From Tubulanus polymorphus (lineage: Eukaryota; Animalia; Nemertea): a DNA stretch of 64,000 nt. Shown one piece after another: positions 1-13,284 of this stretch (its first letter is position 1; each line of letters opens with the position of its first letter). Location of the stretch: assembly GCF_964204645.1 (NCBI RefSeq), contig NC_134027.1:19120560-19184559 (forward strand), given 5' to 3'. A model generated the notes under the pieces. The model was not told the DNA's origin and did not search any database. It was given only the letters and a program-made list of their open reading frames with translations. Made by a program: the position numbers and the translations under genes.

Positions 1-2063
1 AAACCGGATCAACACAAATTATACATAACCGAGATTTTGGGGGGGGTTTCGTCTTTGAAAGCCCATAACTACCAAACAAAGCATCGGATCTTGACGAGAT
101 AAAGTTCTTCAGACACATAGAGCATTGAATTTTCGCATAAGTTATTTTGGATAATTGAATTTGGTTAATTAAAGATACTGTATAAATAAATTGCCCATGG
201 GCAAAGTGTGGTTTACCTTGAAAGCTAGAGGTTGTTTGGAGTAAGGGCATTGCTTGAAAAAACTTTTTAATTCGTGACTTCAAAGTTCTAGAAGTTTATA
301 TCGTATTTTATCTTTCTTAAAGAATTATTTTGTAGTCAAATAAGACCAAAGATAAACATTTGTTAATGGTCTACATCCAAAATTTTGTAGGGTTCAGGTA
401 GGCGCGGCATTGGAAACTATTTTATATTTTCAAAAAAATATTTTTCACCATATGAAAAAATATTCAAATAAAATTCATATGATGTCACATATCAGAGGGT
501 GGCTGAATATTGAGTCTTGGAATCGAAACCTCTTCCAATGTATGGCCGCGGAAGCTAAAACACTGGGGCGTAGCATTAGATCGTTTTAAATCCTGGAATT
601 GACCACTACAATATTCAGACCTATACCTATAGTTTGCTTCTTAGTATTTTCAGGTCACAAGAAATTACAATTTTTTTACAAATTCTATCAAACAGAAAAC
701 ACAGCGCTCATCTTCTGCTACAACGATTATTCAGCCTGTTATCATACCAAACGTGCACGCGCCAAGCAGCGTTACAGCATCACCATATAGTAGGGTGTAT
801 AAGCGTGTGTTTGTGTGTGCAACAGTCTAATGTTAGCGCTCCTGCTCACACGTGGAGGCCTTGTGTAGTGAATGTTCGCTTCACTTCGATCTCTATCAAC
901 ACAATCACCGGGTATAAAAACGAAACAATACCTATGGCGATATGTGAAATAATTATATTCTCACCAGCAATGAGCATTTAAGATTCGCACATATAAGGCA
1001 CCTAGTCCAATGAAACGTTCGCCATTAATGGCTTTCCCATAATTATTTTAGTAGGGCCGGAATTCCCCGTATATCCCAAAAACAGCCAATCACATTCGCT
1101 CTTAGAGACGACGCCCCCCAATCGACGTCATTGCAATTTTATACGCAATTATTATATAAGAACTAAGAATTTTCCCAGCAAAAATACTTATTTGTCGAAT
1201 TTTAACAAAGTTGACCATGTCATCGATGGAGGTTCATCATGTCTTCAATCGCATCGATTATACGTCGTTTAACCCGAGAACCAATGAAAAAATGCTCACA
1301 TAAAAAAACGTACCGCGATTTTACATGAATTGGCTCAATGCCAAGCTCATACTGATGACAAAGGTAAACCAAAAAACGTGCTCAAATAAATCGATTTTTT
1401 AGACTTTTTGGATAATTTCTCAAAAAAATATGAAATCCACGGCTTTCAACTTTGGGCACCATAAAGAAAAACAAATTATGAAATATGTTTTTGCTTAATC
1501 CGTTCAATTCGCCCATTAGTAGTGAAATTACAGGCTACCACTGAAATTGCATTTGAGTGTGCTTTGGGCGTAGTGTATTAAGCATATGAATGATTATCGA
1601 TCCGCCGGACCGTTGACAAAGGCTCGCTAACGCGAGCCAATAAAACTGCGGATCAGGCCACCTATACAATATATGGCACAAGTATTACTATTCTAATAAA
1701 GTTCAATTGGGGGCCTGTTACACTATAAGGGATAGAGTAAGGTTAAGGGGCATGTCAAGTGCTCTTGACTACCTAACAGCTGTAACAAGTCCGGAGCAAC
1801 TTTGATGACTTTCAGTATCTTTTCTTTATAGTAAGGCCGATAGTAAGCAGATTGAATAAATCCGTCAATTTTTCCCCAGGAGCCAGCTCAAGGTTCAAAT
1901 CTAATTAATTTCTTCATTTTTTTCAGTTCATCTCAACATATACACTATCTCCAACATTACCCTCTCTGCATGAGTTTACTATGTATCAAAAGCCCTCATT
2001 TTGGTTTAACCCCAATGTATTAATTAAATCAAGGACTCCTTGCTTAAGAATCATTTAACTCAC

Positions 2064-2180
2064 CGGCTATAAATGCTATAGTTCGGAATGTTTGCTGGAC
2101 AGTGATTTGTGTCATCGGCGACAGATTCTGATGTGTATAATGTGACATAACTATACCAGTAATTAAAATAGCCATTATTC
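2064..2180 (-). CDS. SLC9A8: NHE8 coding exon 10 (gene continues beyond the window start)
   Basis: ATTTCAG| ... G|GTGAGT, 117 nt; GIMAILITGIVMSHYTHQNLSPMTQITVQQTFRTIAFIA. Confidence 0.97.
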
Positions 2181-2366
2181 CTGAAATTTAAAGAACACCA
2201 TTTGAAGGTTACCATAAAAAAAAAATCACATTTCTTGAGGAAAACATCCTTACTTGAACCAGCGTCATCGAAAGAGCTAGTTGATTTTAGTAAAAATGAA
2301 TCTTTTATATCGTACTATCTAACATTGACATACTACATACATGTCAATGTGTCTTGTAAGCCTTAA

Positions 2367-2955
2367 CCCTTTCGCTTCGTACACGCTTGCACCGCCCCAT
2401 ACGTAAGGTATTTTCCGAAAAATTCGATTTTTTTTCAAATTGTTTTTAACCCCGATTTTTCGCGTTTTTATCGAAGATTATGATGTTATTCAGTGAAAAT
2501 CAGTAAAAAATCATACCAACAGCCTTTTCTGTAGGGGGGGGGCGTGTTGGGGGGGGGTCAGGATGGGTTAGAAATTTTTTTTTTTCAGTTCGTCCCAAGA
2601 GTCGTCTCCGCCCAGTCCGAAATCACCCCCGTCATCTAAATCGTCATCTTCACTGTCGTCGTCGGCGTAAATCTTGCCTAAAACTTGATTAGCACTGAAA
2701 ACTTTCTTTCGAGCAGCCATCTCAATCCCGCGCAAATTACCATGTGCTCAACAGGCTGACAGCACCAACTACTGACGCATTTTCGCCATCTGTTGTTTAG
2801 AAAGCTAACTATCTTGTCTTACATGCGTTTCCATACTGTTTGCTGTGTACGCGTTCGAGTTATAAATCAATAGGTGCATGACGTTTCTACAACGTCATAC
2901 GCACAGCACGTGTCACTCATATGACGTTTCCAAAACGTCACACGTAGCAAAAGGG
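2367..2955 (-). mobile_element. Non-autonomous piggyBac deletion derivative
   Basis: TTAA on both flanks; TIR CCCTTTCGCTTCG / CGTAGCAAAAGGG; retains ATG 2720 MAARKKVFSANQVLGKIYADDDSEDDDLDD. Confidence 0.9.
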
Positions 2956-4092
2956 TTAATATAGGCTGGCTTGTTTGAAATGACACTTAACGATTTTTGG
3001 GTTAAAAGTGACAAAATACACTTTCTGTAAGTAACTTAGACAGAACAACCTATTTTGCAAAGTAGCACAGACCGGCAGGTGACAAGAACACAAATATTTT
3101 GGAGCAATTTGTTTTTCCTTGCGAATGCGGAATAAAATCAAATCGTATTTTAATGTATTTTGTTGATTCAAATTAAATAAGATTTGATATTTTTGTCTGA
3201 GTAAAATTTGATTCAATTTGCATTTCAAGTGCATGCTTATCGAATCAGCATATCACAGTCACCCATGATGATGGTGCCAATTTGAGAAAAGCTATTTCAC
3301 CCAACCCTTGCACAAATGTCAAAGATACATTTTCTGAGATGGAAATAAGATATCCTCCCAATAACTAAACAGTTCACAGACATCAAACTTGAACAAATTA
3401 TAAGCGAACATACAATACCTAGTCGAATGAAATGCTCGCCATTTTGTTTTGGGTTCCACATTGGGTTTTCCCAATGGGCTTTCCCAATTACATCAGAAGT
3501 TCCTGGAATTTCCTGTATATCCAACAAACAGCCAATCACATTCAATGTAGCTCAGGTAACAAGGTCAACTCAGATAAATAGAAGTGAGAAAATTTAGGGG
3601 GTTTATAAAGTGAGGGCCTGTAGGTCGAAAAGTAAATCCAGATAAGTCGCACAAAAAAGGGCAACACTTCCAGGAAGGTTTGAACTTTTATATATTTCAA
3701 TTCTCATATGTGAAAACGTGCCATTACTTAGTGCTAAAAAGCAGGGTTTTTAGGTATTTTTCAAGAATAAGCCCCCTAAAAATAACTCGATCACTATGAA
3801 ATTTTTGTGGGCTTCAGAACTCATTAAGCCAAACCATGACACCAAAAATCAACACTATTGGTTACACAGCCAATGTCTGTGCCTTGTTGACACACCAGTA
3901 CTCTATTCATTTTCAATGAAAACTGCTTCACCAGACCGTTTGCATAGGCAAACCTACGGTTCACCAAAAACTATCCTATTCATAATCATTAAAAAAACAG
4001 GAAGAAATACAAGAGACACTACTTTGGTTTACGTAACTGCATCTAACCCAATCAGAAAGGAGACTCTGACTCTCTGATTGGCCATTTATAAA

Positions 4093-4425
4093 AGTTAGCG
4101 GTAAAAATCCCCTAGGTAAAAATCCCCAATTCTTCGGAGTAGGTAAAAATCCCCCTCCTTTTGAGTGGAGTGTAAGTAGATACAATCTTAAGGTCAATTA
4201 ATTCATATTATTGATACATATATCCAATTTATCTATACTTTACCGTGGAACACCATAAGGATATCATGAGCATACAACTATAGTATATACTATTTCAATT
4301 AAAACATACTACAAATTTGACGGATTTTTACCTACTTCGAATATTTGGGGATTTTTACCTAGAGGATTTTACCCAGGGGATATTTACTAAGGGGATTTTT
4401 ACCAAGGGGATTTTTACCTACAACC
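4093..4425. mobile_element. MITE with modular GGTAAAAATCCCC inverted repeats
   Basis: Three forward modules on the left, about five inverted on the right; flanking direct repeat ATTTATAA. Confidence 0.8.
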
Positions 4426-4725
4426 ATTTATAACTGATACTTTTGCGTTCAGATCATTGTGAAAAAAAAAACCCTGTAAATTGTATCCAAAATTCTGCTA
4501 CCCAGGAATTCGAAAATGGTTATCGCTTGAGTGAAATGAATGTGAAAGGTATATAAAAGTTTTAATACGTGTACTCGTGTAATGTACCGGTAATCATTTC
4601 ATATAAAGTGACTTATTAATTTAAATCAGGGTTGGGTACTACATATATCTTCACTTCTATTCATATTCAGATATTATGTGCATGTCACTATAATAAATAA
4701 ATACATACATAAATAATCAAGAGAA

Positions 4726-4934
4726 CAGGGCTGCCAATCTCTGAAAAGGGCTATCAATAAGAAACTGAAGCATTTTCAGTAACATTTCATAAATATGAAT
4801 GAAAATGTTTCATTAATTAGTAATCAACATTAAGACCCTCAATAACATCTTTCAAATTTCTGAATGCATCAAATCAGTATTTCTCGGAATAAAAATAGTA
4901 AGAAATACTGACAATCATGAACAGTTGGCAGCTG
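4726..4934. mobile_element. hAT-like MITE (decayed)
   Basis: CAGGGCTGCCAA ... TTGGCAGCTG ends; TSD unclear. Confidence 0.45.
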
Positions 4935-4994
4935 AGAGAATAACAAAAATGGTTAGGAAAACCCTAATTTATAAAAAAACAAAAATACTGATAC

Positions 4995-5100
4995 CTGATA
5001 GATGCAATCCTTCAGCCAAACCATACGGAGCATAGGAGAACACAAGAACCATTCCTAACTCCAATGACGGGGTTTTTCGTAAATCAGCAAACTTTAACAA
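4995..5100 (-). CDS. SLC9A8: NHE8 coding exon 9
   Basis: 106 nt; LLKFADLRKTPSLELGMVLVFSYAPYGLAEGLHLS (NHE8-like DLRKTPSLE); G|GTATCA donor, phase 1. Confidence 0.96.
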
Positions 5101-5459
5101 GTACAGAAGTTAAGGATTTAGAGATATTAACAACAGGATGCAGATCCATAGTTGATGGATAGAATTTGACTAAAAGTCAAATTTAGTTCGATGTTATTTA
5201 GTTGAGTAGAATTCAGTTCATTTTTAACTAAAGGACAACAGTATTAAATGACCTAACTTCAAAATATGGAACTCAATCTAATCATGACTTTTCTGAAAAT
5301 CTTTATGAGAGACAGCTGAAAAAACTTGACAGTGAAAAATGTTTAAGTCATCGCAAACCGTCTTATTACAGAGAACTAGGTAGTTAACCATAAGGGTCTA
5401 AAACTGAATTTACAAACCAGATGAAATGATCATGGAACTCTTTTTCTTTAAAAGGATAT
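5101..5459 (-). other. U12-type (minor spliceosome) AT-AC intron of NHE8
   Basis: 5' site ATATCCTTTT at 5459; branch site TCCTTAAC at 5116-5109; ends ...TTCTGTAC at 5101; splicing gives in-frame LISAM|LLKFADLRKTPSLE. Confidence 0.95.
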
Positions 5460-5598
5460 CATAGCACTGATCAAACCACATGTCACACCAATTGCACTCG
5501 AGCCAAAAAACATCAATAAAAATCGACCAACACCTTGAAAAAACAAGGCTCCTCCGCTCAAATCAGCAAATGCGGGGCTAGCAGACTCTATCACAGTA
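5460..5598 (-). CDS. SLC9A8: NHE8 coding exon 8
   Basis: TTCCTAG| acceptor in phase 2; TVIESASPAFADLSGGALFFQGVGRFLLMFFGSSAIGVTCGLISAM; ends at the U12 donor ATATCCTTT. Confidence 0.95.
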
Positions 5599-5884
5599 CT
5601 AGGAAGAATAAAAAAACACAAAAAAATATTTTTCAAATGCATTTCCGACATTAACATGTTGAGATTGTCCACAATAAAATGTCAAAATGAAGCAAAATAT
5701 GCAATTACATTGTACAAAATATGTTATTTTTTAAGTATGTTTCAACCGTATGTCTCCTAACATAGCCAAAACATTCAATGATAATGATAATCACAAGAAT
5801 TCGAATAATGTTTTCTGCCGAATGGTCATTATTTTCCTAAGAAAGTTGAGCGACTACTTTCTTATAAAAGAAAAAAAATCTTAC

Positions 5885-6063
5885 GTAGTTAATACAATGG
5901 AGACTGCATCGTTTAGAACACTTTCACCAAACACCAACATGTATAATACTGGTTCGATGTCCATTGCATGAAATATTGCCAAAGTCGCAACTGGATCTAC
6001 TGCAGATATCAATGAGCCAAATGCGAAACTTTCAATCAAATCCAACTGATAGGCAACTTGCGC
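5885..6063 (-). CDS. SLC9A8: NHE8 coding exon 7
   Basis: ATTTTAG| ... AC|GTAAGA, 179 nt; [59 protein letters not shown], with the SAVDPVA and FGESxLND ion-binding motifs. Confidence 0.98.
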
Positions 6064-6756
6064 CTAAAATAAGAATCAACTATCAGCATTCATGCAATCA
6101 GTATTTTTTTATCCTGGTTCAGTTGGAGTATTCGAAAATGTGCCAGGCAAACGTGCGTGTTTTCATATTGGAGGATGGGAAAAAGAGATCCATGGACTTT
6201 AAGATATTGTAGAACAAATAAGAAGTTTCACAGTTTAAGGCGATGCAGGTTTGGTCAAAATTGGCAAATAGGCAGACCCATTTGGCAGCAGGGTGAACAA
6301 TTGCTTAAAACGTGTGAACATAGCTTTGGATTTCATTGAGCAAATCAGATGTTGCACCATTTAACACGATGAACGACTTATCACGCACCAAAGTAGCAAA
6401 ACCTCAAATCAATGAACATTACAGAAACCAACAACCTTGATCGAAACTTGCCACAATCGTAGAGTATGCAACTTTGCAATTGAATGCGTTAACAAAATAT
6501 GCATAATCCCAATATAAATCAAAATATTACATAATTTCAGCATTCTGAACATATGCAGAACCTAATGACCTTGAAAATCACCTCAGTCAAAGGAAGTGTC
6601 ATGATCTACAACTTTGCTATCGTTTGTGATCACAAAATATGCATAGGTACCAATATAAACCAAAACATTTAGGCCTAATACGTTTTAACATTCAACTTCC
6701 CCTGGTGGTGATACAGGGTAATCTCAAATCCGGGTGACAAGAACAAAAACACAAAT

Positions 6757-7533
6757 CTCCACCCGAAAGTAAATATCACCATATCAGTTATGCGCAGTGG
6801 GATCTTGAAAATCGACTAAGTCGGAAAACGTCCTCATTGTGCAGGTATTTACAACAGGAACTAATAGGATGGGTCAAATCCCATATATATTAGGGCGATA
6901 ATGTTCTACGTACTTCTTGCAGTGGTTTGAATCCCATATATCAGTAAAAAATTCTTCAGACAGTTTTTGGTAGTAAGCACAAATTAGGGTTCTTTTTAGG
7001 TGTCTGTTAGGGTGTTCCGATAAATATGTCCACAAAGAAGGTTTTTCTGATGAGTAAAATTGTTGTCATCATCTCTATACTCGCTTTCAATTATCTAATG
7101 CATACATGTAGGGTTCAAATGACCATCCACTCGTCAATTAAAAATTTTCATCATGTTAATTTTTATTCGAGAACATTTCAACAAAATAAGAAATTTAACA
7201 ATATTCATCCAAATGGAACTTTCATTTGTTTTTTACCGGTATTCCAATTTCTTGATACTGGATTTTCAATCACTTTTCCGTTCTCTTTGAAGATTGGTTC
7301 ATGGGTTTTGTGATATAAGACAGGTAAACATACTTCTCATACAAAGTCTAATGTGCAGTGTTAGCTGTCCTGATATACGGGATTCGAACCTTCCCGTACA
7401 AGAACACGAGCTCTGACTGATATATGGGGTTCGAATCATCCGCATGCGCAATGAGTATGTTTTTTACTTTCAAGATTCTGGAGGAGTACCCACTGCGCAT
7501 GACTGATATCATGATATTACCATTCATATCTGG
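6757..7533. mobile_element. Decayed long-TIR (foldback) element
   Basis: AATATCACCATATCAGTTATGCGCAGTGGG pairs with CCCACTGCGCATGACTGATATCATGATATT; inner inverted motif GAATCCCATATATCAGT / ACTGATATATGGGGTTC. Confidence 0.6.
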
Positions 7534-7744
7534 AGATATGAACGAGAACTGATGAAACTACGTAAGATGAATGCTGGCTGCATCAAATCTGACCGATCCA
7601 AAAGCCTGTCTCACTCTGATATGTTAAAATAAGATCGTAATGTAATATGACAAATTATATAGAACCTCGCATAATAAACACCTACCATAACGAGTTTTTC
7701 AAAATTTTCTAGCTCATTTTCAACCTGTCTGATGTATTAAAAAT

Positions 7745-8269
7745 TTCTTTCCATAGAATACCCATCACACATTCACACATTTCAATGAAATATTGCAAAC
7801 CAGTAGGAAGCTACAGGACTCAGAAGAATTCGGGCCAAAATGAACATTTTTGGGCACAAAAAAGGTCACAGGACGGCCATCTTTAGTCCGATCCCCCCAA
7901 TTTTTCTCATGCCGATAGGCGCTTGATGTAAACAGATATATACAAAAGATCAAGGTAATTGATCAAAGGGTCATGAAAGTTCACTCAAAAACAAATGACA
8001 AATGACAAAAGACAAATGAGTAAAAAGTGCTGGTTTTGGTGAACAAAAATGGCTGCCAGTTGGCCATCTTGATTCTGACCTGGCCAGTTTTTGGGCTGAA
8101 GATGTGTCTAGGGTAGATACATGTGTAAACCAAATATCAAGACATCATATTGAAGTGTCTTCCATAATCCATAAAATAACTGGATTCCGCCTACGGACGG
8201 ACAGACGAACAACGGCAGAAAAGTGAAGGCAATAGCCCCGCTTGGACTAAAGTCCCAAGTGGGCTAAAA
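7745..8269 (-). mobile_element. Helentron-associated (HINE-like) element, 5' part; decayed tandem units at about 6430-6720
   Basis: Reverse complement of 34279-34770: subterminal repeat AGCCCACTTGGGA, (GTCY)n-like tract, conserved body. Confidence 0.8.
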
Positions 8270-8643
8270 CTAATTTTCACAGTAGCGCGTATGTATATAC
8301 CATCCATGCCATAGTTAAAGATACCCGGGCCCAACCCAAAGAAATTAAGGTGTAAATTAAAAATCTGTAATCTGTAGTAGTATTTTCAAGGGGTTATTCG
8401 AATTAATTTTACCCTAAAAAATACGTGATGTTTTAAAATACTAGACCATTCTAAGTTATGTACGATTACAGCAACACTGCCTTAGGGCCTACTGTTCATA
8501 CCATTAATAGTTGGCTGAATACAGAGTTGATATGGAAATCGGCATATCCAAATGAATTTCAATTAATTTCACCAGCTAGTGGTTTATTAAGTTATACAGC
8601 ACCAGGTTAGGCAATGTGTAGTGTAATTTTCATTCAGGCTTAC

Positions 8644-8745
8644 CTTGCCAAGAAGGAAAACACCTCCACCAACCACCAAGGCAGAAATTATTGTCCCAAA
8701 CACAGCAAATACCAAAATTGAACCAATATTCTGGAAAAAGTTTCC
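8644..8745 (-). CDS. SLC9A8: NHE8 coding exon 6
   Basis: CTTTTCAG| ... AAG|GTAAGC, 102 nt; GNFFQNIGSILVFAVFGTIISALVVGGGVFLLGK. Confidence 0.97.
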
Positions 8746-11700
8746 CTGAAAAGAGCATTTGCAAGAGTTTAATTATTAGAGATAGGCCTAATATATAATA
8801 GCAAAATAGAAAAGAAGAATTAAAGGCAGGCTTAGATCAACTTGCAACTGCTTGCAACATGACAGGATTGGTTGCAACTAGTCACATTGACTGCCATGCA
8901 ACAGATGTGGTACTAGATCAGAGAAAGTAAATTTAGCTAGTATGAGACACAATGCAACTAGGATTGCTGATGGACACTGAATGCTTATTGATAGGTCATT
9001 CAGATAGCACACAGAGAATGCTATCACAAGGCTGAACTAAGCCCGCAAAGTACATAAACAATCTTTTATCAACCAGCGGCGAGAATTAATGTAAGAAAAG
9101 AGAAAATCTGTTTGACGTCCAGAATAACTTTGAAAATGCTTCACTGGCATAAATCACAAGATAATGTAAAAGTAAGATCTAAACTGGGATGAATCAATAC
9201 TCAATAAAATATTGACAACAATTTCAGATGGCAAACATTTGATATACTGGTATATGAAACAGTTCATTGTAGATGAAACAGCTGCAAAAGACAAGAGGGT
9301 ACTTTATTATCATCATACGTACTTATAATATCAGTATTCCAATCTAAATTGGAACTAGGAAATGAGAAAATATTGCTGCTACAATTCCCAACATCACTAG
9401 ATCTAAATCTACTTCCGGACACATACTTCTTGACCTTTGAGGGGCATGCGCGGATCCAAGGCCATTCAGTGACTACAGCACATTTATTGTTATCATGCCA
9501 CTAAATCTGCCTTCACATTCAATTTGCTTGTGCCTTTTTTAGAGTTTTGGCGAAATTTGCCCTTTTTCGATTAAATCTACAGAGCAACAATAATGTCTCC
9601 TTTAGAAAAGTGCCCTTTTGAGTAAGGGAAAATGCCTTAAATTGTCTTTTTTGATTTTGGGCAATTTATTTTCATTCACATTTTGCTTTAGTCCTAGTAC
9701 AGAAATGCATTATGGCGCACAAATTGTGTGCCCTATTATTTACTTTTTTCCCGAAACAAAAATTTTGCAAGGGCATATGAAAACTACCACACATGCTGCA
9801 TGTGCAATAGTCTAAGGGGATAAATTTCAATCGTGTTATCTCAGATAATTGTATCGATGGAATGGGGCCCAGGATCCAGTTTCACGGTCTTATATATGAG
9901 TTACAACTTTACTCAGATTTAACCCATTGAAAATGAACTGATTTCAACTTACAAATATAGCTGCCAAGCAGCGATGACGGGTTTTCTGCAAAGCCATTCA
10001 GAATGATGGGAATTGTAGTAAATTGAAATATCGATACATAGAATAAAATGCATTGACAGATTCGAACCTAATATGCTGTGTAAACGTCAAATATGATTCA
10101 GCTTTGAAACCGAACATACGCGGACGTACAATCACAAATATTAATTTATTTGACCAGGCATTTATTTTGGCATCATGATACTGTATTATCACCATCCTTA
10201 AAAATGGATCTGTCCTATTAAGAACTCATCTTAAGCACCTGCTGAGTCGATAGATTGAGTGAATTTACAGATAAGAAAGTACTATGATTTAGAATAGATT
10301 TAAGAAGTTAATGTTTTTATTGAAATATTTGAATAAATACATATATTGTAGTGTAGATTCAATCATTGAATTATGAATTGATCTGGTCTGGGTTTCCGGC
10401 TGATGTTGATTTTGGCTTTTATAGATTACAAATTCTATAGTGATAAACAATTGATACCTGCAACATGTGTGTAAATCAAACCTATTCCACTAGTTGCGTG
10501 TGTTTCCTAATAAACAGGAGAGTCACTCTTGATCCGAGTTATTAGAAAAATAATGTTCATTTAGTTATAGAAATTCATTGCCTTTTTGGAAATTCTGTAA
10601 TAATATTTGTTCTGTCCTAATTTTTATTACTGTATGAACCAATGATATGCTTTGTAAATTTGATGTAATAAAATAAATTTAAATTTGAATTAAATTTGAA
10701 CATGAGAATCAAGCATAACTTCTGTTTTTTCAACTTGTCTTTTGTTAACAGTTCCAGAGTTTCAATTACAATCAAATCCAAATTGGCTAAAAAGGACATA
10801 GGACTAAATGAAATGAACCGTTAGTTACTGCAAACCTATTCCAGTGTTATGTCGATCATGTTGAATCACTTTCCTTGAGTTGAAAGAATCAGATCTTCTA
10901 TGGTGCAACATCGGTCGAAGAGAGATATCTTGGTGTTGACTGTCCTTGACCATCTAACTTCATGCGTTTGACATGGAATCAGCATCATACCCATTTGAAC
11001 TGCAAAATATTCATACATGAAAACCTACAGTACATGTATACAGTAATCAAACTTTCACCGATGTTGGATATTTGAATGAACGTTGGGCTTCTTTCAGTAT
11101 TCTAAAGCAGGAAATAATAAGCCCAATAAATAGGCCCTATTCCCATTGGAACAATTGCATAATGCGTACAGTAGCACTTATCAGTCAAGTATGGAGAAAT
11201 CGGTATACCAAACCTACGAACAGCAAAATGTACAGGCCTACAATGATTTCTGGTATACAAGCCGTGACCACATGAACGTTTTGGTTTGACTATTAATGTC
11301 AGTAGGTCAGAGAAAGCCTGGCCAAATTTAATCACATGGCTCAAATCAATTAGCCTTTCTGCGTGTGAATACTTCACTGTATTGTTTTAAAAATAGGCCT
11401 ATCGAGTGAATTAGTACAAAGACTGAATTAGACTTTAGGCTAGTCCTGACCAAATCCTATCCATGTTATAATTGCACCAGTTATAGTAACATCACTGTAG
11501 GGCCGAAGAGAGGGAAAAAGTTCTGTTTGTAGTACATAGGCATGGTAGGCTTGTCGTACTCACTTAATACTTAAAATGCTGTTGTTACCTGAACGTGACT
11601 GGTCGGTGATTTCTACAGGTTAGCCGTATGTGAGTATGCGAGTTGACGCTCAGCCTTGCAATATTGGGATTCGAAACCAAACGAAAAAAAATCCAGTTGT

Positions 11701-13284
11701 AGTCCAGTGATTTACCCACCACGGTGCCACAGAACGTAACTGCAGGGTGGATGAAATTTGATTTACAAATAGCCTAGCCTCACCTAACCCAAACTCTATT
11801 CTTTCACGCATGCTTGTTGCAGATTATAGGAACTCACGTACCGCGTTTTTAGGGAACTCACGTACGGTTAACCTATGGATATCACCGTACAGTCACGTAC
11901 GCGTAACAACTTCGTACTTAAAAAATGGTATTGGCTACTATATGATAGGCCTATAAACAAATAAATACCGGTGGCGGTAGGCTTTCTTAGCTTCCACACT
12001 TCACAACCGAACCAACTGACCAACCAGTATATTTATTCCCAGTACGCACCAACCGGCACAGGCCTAACACTGTTTGTCAACTGTGTGTACCGTAGTAGGA
12101 TATCGATAATCACCTGATACTTTTCTGTCGTTTGTTTTCTCTCTGAGACGAACGTAATTCTAATAGCCCTCAGCGACTCAACGACCTTGATTTAAACTTG
12201 ATCAATTCAAAATCTGTTTATTGACGCTTTTGGTTACATGAACTGATCAGCAATATACTTAAATGAAATAACCGGAATAACAAGAAATCAAAAATATTAA
12301 AGAGGTAACAAACAAATTCCCGTAAACCTATCAGACACGCGAACGCCGGACTCGTAAACTCTTGGACTCGGACCCGCTGAGCAATAAATTCATAAAATTG
12401 ACTTTGAAATTGATTGTGGAGAAGAGAGGGAATTTTTCGATAGCTCTTCCTCATAAAGAAGAGAGAAATTTCTGAAAGAAAACACAACATGGCTACTAAT
12501 TGAACGGAGCCAAATTTCCGATGTTTACGGCTCGACAGTGCCTTTATAACGTGGATTTATCAACATTCCCATGCAGTATCTGGAGATTGAAGTGAGCTGA
12601 AGGATATCATGCGGATTGTATCGGCGACAGCGGTAAGGTAAGGAAGCCTTTACACTTTTAACAAAAACTGTGTGGAAAAGGGAAAAAAAAATAATAATAA
12701 TCACGCGAATTTCAATAGGGTTTTCTGTGAAGAAACAGAAAACCCTAATTAACTCAATCTCACAACTATGGATTCAGGGTAGCAACTTCTGGCATCGATA
12801 TTAAAGCAATTACCTACCGGAAATGACTTCGTCGAAAACCTGTGGCTAAGAATTCAAGATGTTGATGGTCAAGGCAACCAATCCATTTCAACTGGTACAA
12901 GGATTGATTTATTGTATTTTTGATTGTTCTGATCTTTTAAGTTTTAACTAAGAAAATAAATTGTTTCTCCCTTAGTATATAGATGTTATTCTTTTAGATT
13001 CCTTTTTTTAGGTAGCTTAACTGAACCTGCTGACAAGTAATCCCTGTAATCCAAATAAAACAGTTATCCGTGGCAACTAGATGAATAAAGAAGTCTGATG
13101 ATGGGGGTAAGTCGACAGCCAAAATGTTGTGGTTTCATTTTAACGCATTTTATCGTATAGAACTATATCGTGGGACTTCTTCATTCATGTCTTATTTACT
13201 TGTCATCAGAGGTTCAAATCTCTTTAGGAAGAATATTGGAATTCATTGACGAGGTAGAGATTCACACTGTGTTGTGAATGAATA

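Noticed and set aside
599-1645. Short ORFs at 599-981 and a GGCTCGC-TAAC-GCGAGCC hairpin near 1621
   Set aside because: No protein motifs; probably a Helentron-like repeat end, but its boundaries could not be defined.
1-2063. Next NHE8 exon (ETCVF...LG)
   Set aside because: Not found by eye; presumably outside the window.
4987-4994. Second U12 donor after NHE8 exon 9 (GTATCAGT)
   Set aside because: Lacks the GTATCCTT consensus, and the partner acceptor at 2181 is an ordinary U2 site.
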